This document shows positions 54,565-64,000 of a DNA stretch of 64,000 nt, in pieces. This stretch comes from Macrostomum lignano (taxonomy: Eukaryota): contig NIVC01003659.1 in assembly GCA_002269645.1 (NCBI GenBank), positions 1 to 64,000 on the forward strand. Direction: 5' to 3'. Each line of letters starts with the position of its first letter. The stretch's first letter is position 1. Below the pieces are notes generated by a model, which saw only the letters and a list, made by a program, of their open reading frames with translations, was not told where the DNA came from and made no database searches. The position numbers were made by a program, and so were the translations under genes.

Positions 54565-55216
54565 CACTCAGCAACATTTAAAACGCAACACTCTAACTAG
54601 AAGAAAAATCAACTCACTCAGAAGAGTCAAAGCGCATAGTCTATGGTTCAAATCGAGCTTCAGAAACGCGTGTAGCTTCCTCTCGCAAGTAACAGGGCGA
54701 TGACTATGGACTGTTTTCAGATAGAGTGATCCAGCTGAGAGAATGGTTCAACAGATGACAGACGCGGAAAGATGGCGAGCAGTCGGAATGTTGGAAGCAG
54801 GTTGTACTCTTCGAACAGTTGCGAACCACTTCGGGAGGTCGCCTTCAACAGTTTTACGTCTGCTACAGAAGAGCAGAGCACCTGCGTACTCTTCGGTGGC
54901 CCTCAAGATCCCCTGATATGAACCCAATTGAACATGTCTGGGACTTTATCAAGCGGAGTGTTCAACGGCAGAATCCGCCGCAGACAGTCGCTGAACTGCG
55001 AAACGCTGTTGCTAACGCGTGGCAGGAAATTCCCCAGGACTTTTTTCGACGCCTTGTTCTGGGAATGCCACGTCGAGTCAACGCCCTGTTACTTGCGAGA
55101 GGAGGCTACACGCGTTTCTGAAGCTCGATTTGAACCATAGACTATGCGCTTTGACTCTTCTGGGTGAGTTGATTTTTCTTCTAGTTAGAGTGTTGCGTTT
55201 TTAATGTTGCTGAGTG
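54565..55216 (+). mobile_element. Internally deleted Tc1-like element nested in the 3' LTR
   Basis: ~100-bp TIRs (CACTCAGCAACATT..GAGCTTCAGAAACGCG / reverse complement) and TA TSD. The N-terminal HTH (MTDAERWRAVGMLEAGCTLRTVANHFGRSPSTV) is fused directly to the C-terminus WPSRSPDMNPIEHVW..GGYTRF, so the catalytic middle is missing. Confidence 0.93.
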
Positions 55217-55463
55217 TATTTTTACTTTCTGTTTTGCAATTCAGCCTTGTACTTTTCAGTTAGCCGACTCCCTTCGTCTACCATGCTCTCCCCCACAGAC
55301 AATCTCAATCGTTAATTCACCATAGATTATACAACTAACCTGTTCATTCTGTTAGTATAAATACAAGTTAAACTCGCGGCTTAAGCCCTTCACCTCCTTC
55401 CTTTCTGCACCACTAATCACATATTATTAGTTATTAGTTTATTGTCTATTCGACACCCTTGGC

Positions 55464-55469
55464 TCAGTC
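55464..55469 (+). promoter_or_regulatory. Candidate initiator (TCAGTC) belonging to the TATA box at 48172
   Basis: Removing the element and one TSD gives TATAAATACAGACCCCCTCACCCTTGGCTCAGTC, placing the Inr A 30 nt after the first T of TATA. Confidence 0.6.
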
Positions 55470-56262
55470 AAGGAGGCTTCTAATTTCTGATTTCAGTGTT
55501 CTCTAAGTGCTTTGTCTGTCTGAACTAGAACGCCCGTTCTGTCTGCGTACGTTAATTCATTGCTATTGATCTGACCGACCCATCTGAAGACAAACCTCAA
55601 GCCTGCGAGAGGCTAGCACAGCCCCTCCCTTCCACCCACCAAGCCAGGCAGGATCTGCTAACGAGACGCCTTGTACGTTAAGCTGCAAATCTGCACGTTA
55701 TTTCGTCCCGACGGAGACTCACCTCACCGAAGGCGGAGACCCAACGGACTGGTGGCAGCACTACCGACGCTGCTAATAGCTAATAAGAAGGCTTCCGAGA
55801 AGAGGCTCGAGATTTAAAGTAAAGCTTAAGTGCCTGCAAATCGGGAAGCAAACAGCCTGTACTTCGATTGGAAGGGTGGCGTACGTATAGGGGGTGAACA
55901 ATCGACACAGAAGTGTGGAAATAAAATTTAGAGTGCGAGAGTGGATAAAATACAATGCTGTGGCGGTGCGCATAAAGTCAGCAACCAGCTGGAATGCATC
56001 AACAGCTGCCGAGACACTCCGGTCCCCCTGCCCGACTGACCCTCTCTCAGAACAAAAGTTTGCTCCGTTCCCAAAGCCGTGTCGCACCCTAAAGAAGCGT
56101 AGAGAGGCAGCTCACGATGACAGCTCCTACGGGGCGACGATCTCGATTGCTCTTCTTGCCATTTTGTTCTGCTGTTAGCACGGTCTGGCTCAGCAGAGCC
56201 TCGTGTACTTGTTCGGTGTCGGAAGATCTGGCCCTGGGTCGAGTGCGGCTCCCTCGCCTTCG

Positions 56263-56385
56263 CTCCTACAGAACTGACAGCTGGTGTGGGTGTTGAATAC
56301 ACAGTCTGCTCCTACAGAACTAACAGCTGGTGTGGGTGCTGATGTACAGTCTGCTCCTACAGAACTGACAGCTGGTGTTGGTGCT
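56263..56385. repeat. ~45-bp tandem repeat, 3 copies
   Basis: CTCCTACAGAACTRACAGCTGGTGT at 56263, 56309 and 56354. Confidence 0.8.
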
Positions 56386-56514
56386 GAACTCCGGACACAA
56401 GGGTCTTGATCAAGCAAGTTGTTTGGTTTAAAGGTCAGGTCATCCATTAAAATTAAAAAGGAACTATCGATCAGTTGATTCTGGGTGTAGAGTGGCTTGT
56501 GGGCCGGGAGTTGC

Positions 56515-56660
56515 CATGCGTGCCTGCGTACACTACTGGCGCGCTTGTATGTACGGAATGGAGTCGGCGGAATGAGCAGAATTGCCTCAGCGCTGGTTAG
56601 TGGGCCGATGTCATCGAAGGTGCAGCGTTAGGGTGGCCACAGCGGTCCTGCTATTATTAT
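56515..56660 (+). mobile_element. Diverged SINE/LINE 3' tail related to the 52021 SINE, with (TAT)n tail
   Basis: GTGCCTGCGTAC..GCGCGCTTGT..GGAGTCGGCGGAATGAGCAG..TGCCTC aligns by eye with 52243-52350. Confidence 0.55.
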
Positions 56661-57075
56661 GATCACCTTATTGACAAGTGGGTTATAAAATAATACTATA
56701 TTTAAGGCCGAGCAACTTCAAGGAAAAAAACGGCCAGGGAAACTTCTAAGAAGTGTCAAGCGGCCTGCTTTCTGTATATTTTACCGATAAAAATCAGAAG
56801 TATACAGTATTTTATCAATAAGCCATTGTGTGCCTTGCTGTCTTTTTTATCGAGTCATTCACGCGTGTGGTGCTAAATTACATGTAGAGCATGTCTTTGT
56901 ACGCATTTTCTACGCTTGCGACACTTACAAATACTACAAAGCGAAAAATAATAGAGTAAAATGTCTACTATGCTACTGAAAATCACTGTCAGTAGTTAAC
57001 TGGGCGAGTTGTTTTCACCAAACTGTTAAAAAAGACAATTCAAGATTCCACATTAATTTTATTGTCTCGACGAAA

Positions 57076-60000
57076 TCAGACCATCGACTTGGACTTGTCG
57101 ATTCTGACCCGACGTGTCAGGTAAAACCAGGCGACGGAGGAGGCCAGGTACAGGAAAGCTGACACCCAGGAGGTGGCCACCGACCAGCCAATGGACACGG
57201 TGCGGTAGGTGTCAGTGCAAAACTGGCGGATGGCAGAGCGGAATTTTACAGAAAATCAATTTCCGGTTCAGGGACTTGAAAATATACGAGTAATTACCAT
57301 GTAGATAAACCGGAAGTGGATAAACAGGCGTCACGGAGATAAACCGGAAGTGGATAAACAGGCGTCACGGAGATAAACCGGAAGTGGATAAACAGGCATC
57401 ACTGAGATAAACCGGAAGTGGATAAACAGGCGTCACGGAGATAAACCGGAAGTGGATAAACAGGCGTCACGGAGATAAACCGGAAGTGGATAAACAGGCA
57501 TCACTGAGATAAACCGGAAGTGGATAAACAGGCGTCACGGAGATAAACCGGAAGTGGATAAACAGGCGTCACGGAGATAAACCGAAAGTGGATAAACAGG
57601 CGTAACGGAGATAAACCGGAAGTGGATAAACAGGCGTAACGGAGATAAACCGGAAGTGGATAAACAGGCATGACTGAGATAAACCGGAAGTGAATAAACA
57701 GGCATGACTGAGATAAACCGGAAGTGGATAAACAGGCGTAACGGAGATAAACCGGAAGTGGATAAACAGGCGTAACGGAGATAAACCGGAAGTGGATAAA
57801 CAGGCATCACTGAGATAAACCGGAAGTGGATAAACAGGCATCACTGAGATAAACCGGAAGTGGATAAACAGGCATCACTGAGATAAACCGGAAGTGAATA
57901 AACAGGCGTCACTGAGATTAACCTAGCATCTATCAGGATTAATAAACATGGAGAAGCCTTGAAGCTTCAGCACGTACTTTCATTTTACTTAATTGGTTAA
58001 CTTCTGTACCTGTCCTCTTGTCTGCTCAGTGGCTGTGCAAGCATCGCATATTTATTGACTGAATAGTTGCACAAATAAAATCTGCTGCAAAGGGGCCACG
58101 CCTTACGAATACAAAAATAGAGCTTTCTTTGAGTCTTGGCTTACTATATATATAATCTTTTCTATAGTTGGGGCAGTACTTCAAAGAACAGTCAATTTTT
58201 AGTAACGATAGGAATCGGTTAAGACAGATCGATGACGAATTACAAAGTTTTTTTAGGATTGTAATTGATAGTGTTTATTGCTTGTAGAGTACGAGCTGCA
58301 GGCAAAGGTTCATGCAGTTAAGTACTCCTATAGTTACTGTTTTAACTAAATGGAACTCTTTTTATCTTACAGTAATAAACCCATACGACTCAAATTCCAA
58401 ATAGCTCAAATCCCATAGTGCTCAAATCCCATAGTGCTCTAATATCATAGTGCTCAAATCCCATTGTGCTCAAATCCCATAGTGCTCAAATCCCATAGTT
58501 CTCAAACCCCATTGTGCTCAAATCCCATAGTGCTCAAATCCCATACAGTGCTCAAATCCCATAGCACTCAAAGTTACCTGCTCAGGCGTTTTCACCAGGT
58601 TATAGCATGTGCACTGCGGGCACTCTTCAATCTGAGGTCGGCGAGTCATTCTTGAGGCTTTCTCGTGCTCGATGGAGTTGCTGAAGATCACAAAAATTCC
58701 TACATGGAGTAGAGATAAAAATAATAAGTCGAGTTTATGTGATTTTGCATAAAAAATGAGCATCATTGGCTTATCCGCACATCTAGAAACACATATCCGC
58801 ATATCTAGACACATGCACATATATGCACATCTAGACACACATATCTGCACATCTAGATACACATACCCGCTCATCTAGACACACATACCCGCACATCTTG
58901 ACGCACATATCCGCACATCTTGACACACATATCCGCACATCTAGACACACATATCCGCACATCTAGACACACGTATCCGTACATCTAGACACACATATCC
59001 GCACATCTAGACACACGTATCCGCACATCTAGACACACATATCCGCACATCTAGACACACATACCCGCACATCTAGACACACATATCTGCGCATCTAGAC
59101 ACACATATCCGCACATCTAGACACACATATCCGCACATCTAGATACACATATCCGCACATCTAGACACACATATCCGCACATCTAGACACACATACCCGC
59201 ACATCTAGACACACATATCTGCCCATCTAGACACACTAAACCGCCAAGCTCACCAGCAGTGAGATGCAGGACTCCAGTCACCATAATCGAGGGCACAATT
59301 TTAGCCAGCACTCCAATCGTTCCAGTGATGACGGAGGAGATGACGCAGATGAGCACCACTATGCAGCAGGCCATCGTGTTGTTTTGCATCTCTGCGATTA
59401 GGGTTGCAGGGCGGAGAGGCTTTGCATTTTAAGCTTTACAACGATACGCCTATGCATGTACACTCTCGTTAGCATTTCTGGGTTCGACATTTAAAAAGAA
59501 TACTACTGCGATTCACTTTCTCCTTTGGATGACTTTAGAGAAGAATAGACGTCCACAAGAAGACTCAGAAGCTAGTTTCGCAACAATAGGACTCAAGAGT
59601 GGCGCCACAATAGGACTCAGGATTGGCGCCGCAATAGGACTCGGGAGCTAGTGGCGCCATAATAGAACTCAAGAGTGGCGCCACAATAGGACTCAAGAGT
59701 GGCGCCACAATAGGACTCAAGAGTGGCGCCACAATAGGACTTGAGAGTGGCGCCATAATAGGACTCAAGAGTGGCGCCACAATAGGACTTGAGAGTGGCG
59801 CCACAATAGGACTCAAGAGTGGCGCCACAATAGGACTTGAGAGTGGCGCCACAATAGGACTCAAGAGTGGCGCCACAATAGGACTTGAGAGTGGCGCCAC
59901 AATAGGACTTGAGAGTGGCGCTACAATAGGACTGGATCAGGAGTGGCGCCACAACAGGACTTGAGAGCGGCGCCACAATAGGACGCAGGTGTGGCGCAAC

Positions 60001-61962
60001 AGTAGGACTCAGGAGCTATGAGTGGTAGCGTAACTGAGGGATCAAACTAAAGAAGTCAGTCGAACTTACTCAAAGCTTGTGCTCAAACTTACTCATTATC
60101 TGCGACTCCGCAGTGTTTTCGGTGGCATCCAGAATGTCCCTGGCGTTGGTGTAGCCAGAGATGTAGTCAAAGCAGCTGTTGTTGGTGATTAAAAAGCTGA
60201 AGTTTTTGCAGTAGGTGTCGTAATCTGCGTTCAGTGCATCTGAAATTTTTTGAACGATCATTTGTTTTGTAGTCTGAATTGGAATCATTTCGGGACTAAT
60301 TGGAATCATTTCGGGACTAATTGGAATCATAGGACTAATTTGAATCATTTCGGGACTACATGCAATCATATCGGGGCTGATTGGAATCATCTCGGTACTA
60401 ATTGGGATCATTTCGGGACTTATTGGAATCATTTCGGGACTAATTAGAATTATATCAGGACTAATTTGAATCATTTCGGGACTAATTGGCATCATATCGG
60501 GACTAATTGCAATCATTTCGGGACTAACAAGAATCACTCGGGGACTCTTAAACAAACCGTCAATAGGTCTACATTTAGATCAGTAAATATGATTGACTGG
60601 CCCAGGTGCATTGGCGAGCACCTGAGAGGTCTGTTATAAATATTTCATTTAATCAGCACCCGCTTCCGCGACGAAGTAGCGCGCACGGAAGGTGTGGGCC
60701 AGTGCGTTTAATAAATCAGGAAGCGGGCTGTCCTTCCTCAGGTCCTGTAAGCCTGTTTTCGATGAGTCGAAATTTTATATTTCTCGGCGCTGGAGCAGGG
60801 GATAGGCATAGCGGAGGCGTGACTTTGATGCAGCAGTGCACGCAGAGCAGTGTCCGCTTCCTTGAGTAGCTTTAATGAATCGGATTGAGTAGCTTAGGGA
60901 ATCGGATTGAGTAGCTTAGGGAATCGGATTGAGTAGCTTAGGGAATCGAATTGAGTAGCTTAGGGAATCGGATTGAGTAGCTTAGGGAATCGGATTGAGT
61001 AGCTTAGGGAATCGGATTGAGTAGCTTAGGGAATCGGATTGAGTAGCTTAGGGAATCGGATTGAGTAGCTTAGGGAATCGGATTGAGTAGCTTAGGGAAT
61101 CGGATTGAGTAGCTTAGGGAATCGGATTGAGTAGCTTAGGGAATCGGATTGAGTAGCTTAGGGAATCGGATTGAGTAGCTTAGGGAATCGGATTGAGTAG
61201 CTTAGGGAATCGGATTGAGTAGCTTAGGGAATCGGATTGAGTAGCTTAGGGAATCGGATTGAGTAGCTTAGGGAATCGGATTGAGTAGCTTAGGGAATCG
61301 GATTGAGTAGCTTAGGGAATCGGATTGAGTAGCTTAGGGAATCGGATTGAGTAGCTTAGGGAATCGGATTGAGTAGCTTAGGGAATCGGATTGAGTAGCT
61401 TAGGGAATCGGATTGAGTAGCTTAGGGAATCGGATTGAGTAGCTTAGGGAATCGGATTGAGTAGCTTAGGGAATCGGATTGAGTAGCTTAGGGAATCGGA
61501 TTGAGTAGCTTAGGGAATCGGATTGAGTAGCTTAGGGAATCGGATTGAGTAGCTTAGGGAATCGGATTGAGTAGCTTAGGGAATCTGATTGAGTAGCTTA
61601 GGTCTGGTCTATTATAAACTCCATCACTCACCCTCAGTATTGACCCTGTCGCACAGGCTCCACAGGCTTGAGTAGAGGTTGAGCAGGCAGTAGCCGGTGC
61701 TGTTGGACGTCAGCAGGATCATACCAGTCAGCGTGGTACTCTCCGCGTCCGAGTACAGCAGCTTCGGAGAGCCGTAGTAACTCGACGCCGATTGCATCAC
61801 GCTGGTGTTCACCAAATTAAAGTTGAACGTCACGGCGTCCCAGTTGCTAGTGGCAACGCTGAGCACCAGGAACAGCAGGCTGACGGCTGAGAAACTCGAC
61901 GCAACGGCGATCACTCCGATGCTGAATGTCTGGCAGGCCTTGGCTTCCGGGTTCTTCTGCAT
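57076..61962 (-). CDS. Claudin/PMP22/EMP/TMEM178-superfamily four-pass membrane protein, 5 exons
   Basis: Minus exons 61962-61632, 60239-60093, 59391-59254, 58699-58578 and 57222-57076 with consistent phases. TM1 ..SLLFLVLSVATSNW, ECL1 signature SLWSLC..C, two central TMs (MACCIVVLICVISSVITGTIG; IMVTGVLHLTAGIFVIF), and last TM SIGWSVATSWVSAFLYLASSVAW. Confidence 0.87.
57304..57920. repeat. 34-bp minisatellite, ~18 copies (intron 4)
   Basis: Unit GATAAACCGGAAGTGGATAAACAGGCGTCACGGA. Confidence 0.96.
58405..58570. repeat. 16-bp minisatellite (intron 4, abutting the exon 4 donor)
   Basis: Unit TGCTCAAATCCCATAG. Confidence 0.9.
58780..59236. repeat. 22-bp minisatellite, ~20 copies (intron 3)
   Basis: Unit GCACATCTAGACACACATATCC. 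Confidence 0.95.
59575..59995. repeat. 24-bp minisatellite, ~17 copies (intron 2)
   Basis: Unit CAATAGGACTCAAGAGTGGCGCCA. Confidence 0.95.
60278..60540. repeat. 21-bp minisatellite, ~12 copies (3' part of intron 1)
   Basis: Unit GGAATCATTTCGGGACTAATT. Confidence 0.92.
60872..61602. repeat. 22-bp nearly perfect minisatellite, ~33 copies (intron 1)
   Basis: Unit GAATCGGATTGAGTAGCTTAGG. Confidence 0.97.
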
Positions 61963-62891
61963 GACGCAGCTGCTTGACGACCTTGAGCTGATCCGTTTCT
62001 ACTAGCTCAATGCTAATCCTGTATGGGCAGGGCTGCTGGTCAGAGAGAATATGGCGAATAGGGATAAAAATGAATTGTGTTCGCGGGATTTCAGGGAAGG
62101 CTGTGCAAAGGGGAGAGGAGGGGGAGGCTGTGAAACTTCAGGGAAGAATTGCTCACAAGGTGATGCGGGCTCTCTTCCAAGTGCTGCATCCAATAGGCTT
62201 TGCTTTACACACAGTTTCAATGCAAGGGAGGGAAAGCCTCCGGCTGCTGCTGCTGCAGTGGCGTGAGCTGCGCGTACACCCCCCTCTTCTCCCCTTTTCT
62301 TCCTTCTTTCCTTCACCTGTCTCTTTTGTCACCAACCCGCCACCCTCGAAGGCCTGGACCAAAATTTTTTCCTCGTTCCTTATTCCAATCGAAAGCCGGC
62401 CCGCCCCAAATATCGCCATGGCAACTAGGGATACAATGTAATCGGCGTACGCGCGCTATGCCAATGTGGTCTATACTGGATGCTTTCAACTGTATATCGT
62501 ATGAGATCACGTGTACTCAAATGTGTACTCAAATCTCCCAAGACTTAGCTATGAAGGATCAATACAGCTATTATAGCTGCTCAAAGGCCATTCTCGTATA
62601 GAGTGAATAGCCTTTGGGGCCATTCTTGCAGTTGATTGATTGGGAAATTTTCCTTCTTTATCCTTCTGAGTGCAAACCGTCAGGATTTGAATGCAGATAT
62701 CCCAGCTTTTAGACCGTTATATACTCCCTCATAGAAAGTATTGTTAATGAACTAGCAAACTTAGCCCCAATATTTCTTCTGCAGTTAATTTTCTTGCGAA
62801 AAATCTATATTTAAAATAGGTTTTAGTACGGTCACTACTGTCAATGTCTTAAATATTAAGATGGTTCAAGCAGAAGAGCATTTAAGACAGA

Positions 62892-63592
62892 TCCCCTTTA
62901 GGACACTGAATCTCAGCAGCTCCCCTTTAAGACACTGAATCTCAGCAGCTCCCCTTTAAGACACTGAATCTCAGCAGCTCCCCTTTAGGACACTGAATCT
63001 CAGCAGCTCCCCTTTAAGACACTGAATCTCAGCAGCTCCTCTTTAAGACACTGAATCTCAGCAGCTCCCCTTTAAGACACTGAATCTCAGCAGCTCCCCT
63101 TTAAGACACTGAATCTCAGCAGCTCCCCTTTAAGACACTGAATCTCAGCAGCTCCTCTTTAAGACACTGAATCTCAGCAGCTCCCCTTTAAGACACTGAA
63201 TCTCAGCAGCTCCCCTTTAAGACACTGAATCTCAGCAGCTCCTCTTTAAGACACTGAATCTCAGCAGCTCCCCTTCAAGACACTGAATCTCAGCAGCTCC
63301 TCTTTAAGACACTGAATCTCAGCAGCTCCCCTTTAAGACACTGAATCTCAGCAGCTCCCCTTTAAGACACTGAATCTCAGCAGCTCCCCTTTAAGACACT
63401 GAATCTCAGCAGCTCCTCTTTAAGACACTGAATCTCAGCAGCTCCTCTTTAAGACACTGAATCTCAGCAGCTCCCCTTTAAGACACTGAATCTCAGCAGC
63501 TCCCCTTTAAGACACTGAATCTCAGCAGCTCCCCTTTAAGACACTGAATCTCAGCAGCTCCCCTTTAAGACACTGAATCTCAGCAGCTCCCT
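62892..63592. repeat. 29-bp minisatellite, ~24 copies (upstream of the claudin-like gene)
   Basis: Unit CTCCCCTTTAAGACACTGAATCTCAGCAG. Confidence 0.96.
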
Positions 63593-64000
63593 TTCGGCAG
63601 CTTTTGTACCTCAAGGGCTGGACAGCTCGTAAATATTTTAGTTACTCTTCGTTACGGCGCGGCAAAGCAAACGCAATATGAAATTCTATGCGCGTTTAAA
63701 GAGAATGTCTCATGATTAACTTTACCTGCGTTTTAGCTGACTGCCTTAACAAAACTGCCCCCCGCCACTTTGATCCTCGGGTCTTTTTGTATTCATGTTA
63801 GCTAATTGAAGCCGGGACGTGCAGACGGTTTGATGAACTGTGTGCTAATTTACTTTGAAGCCTTTTTCTTTGCTGTATGGCCCTTTGCAGTTTAACCTGT
63901 CATTCCTGTTATTTTTGCTATAGCAGCTCTTGCTTGCTCTAGGGAAACAGTGAATCTGAAGCTTGGGTATAAACTATGTACATGTAATAGGCGTGACGCG

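Larger units (their letters stand above)
48197..55455 (+). mobile_element. Full-length, decayed BEL/Pao LTR retrotransposon with 5-bp TSD
   Basis: LTRs TGTCG..CGACA at 48197-48457 and 54541-55455 (the latter interrupted). TSD CCCTT at 48192-48196 and 55456-55460. PBS-like TGGTGGCAGAGCG after the 5' LTR. Gag (KKVRLPTFDG..FWDAF), Cys/His knuckles, protease (ILLDSGCSYS), RT (LPHFPVIK..KIRPVVDAS, YFDN), Pao RNase H (YDPAG, KARLTP..VPRLEL, FIDSQIVLYW), integrase (CIQCR, LVDQLGP, TTRALHIE, DQATAF, VERLV). Confidence 0.95.

Noticed and set aside
60070-60555. 21-bp array in frame with claudin-like exon 2 (PISPEMI repeats) as coding sequence
   Set aside because: The canonical TTCAG acceptor at 60240 fits the phase-1 intron; the AGs in the repeat would give the wrong phase.

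Overview
Intron-rich animal (metazoan) genomic DNA using the standard code. GC-rich, poly-Ala-rich exons sit among AT-richer introns filled with private minisatellites. This pattern is consistent with a flatworm such as Macrostomum, but that is an inference, not established here. I could assemble five host genes from splice signals and recognisable domains: the 3' end of a GABA-B-type class C GPCR (+), a complete 10-exon proline dehydrogenase (+), a tandem-DCX doublecortin-family gene (+), a SAD/BRSK kinase (-) whose N-lobe exons are not visible, and a complete 5-exon claudin-superfamily 4-TM gene (-). Mobile DNA includes two decayed mariners, a 446-bp MITE with an 8-bp TSD, several tRNA-derived SINEs, and a full-length but decayed BEL/Pao LTR retrotransposon (48197-55455) carrying a nested SINE and a nested Tc1. 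There is also a ~5-kb foldback-like structure of two opposed 161-bp satellite arrays next to a 751-nt N gap. Three observations stand out. (1) The BEL/Pao element is inserted between a TATA box and an Inr whose spacing becomes canonical (-30/+1) when the element is removed, and that promoter carries a dense FOX/AP-1/MEF2/CRE cluster. (2) A 28-bp minisatellite was born from a kinase exon-intron junction and created 13 tandem identical 5' splice sites, only the first of which is productive. (3) The opposed 161-bp arrays look like tandemly amplified terminal inverted repeats of a foldback DNA transposon. No CRISPR, rRNA or true tRNA genes were seen.
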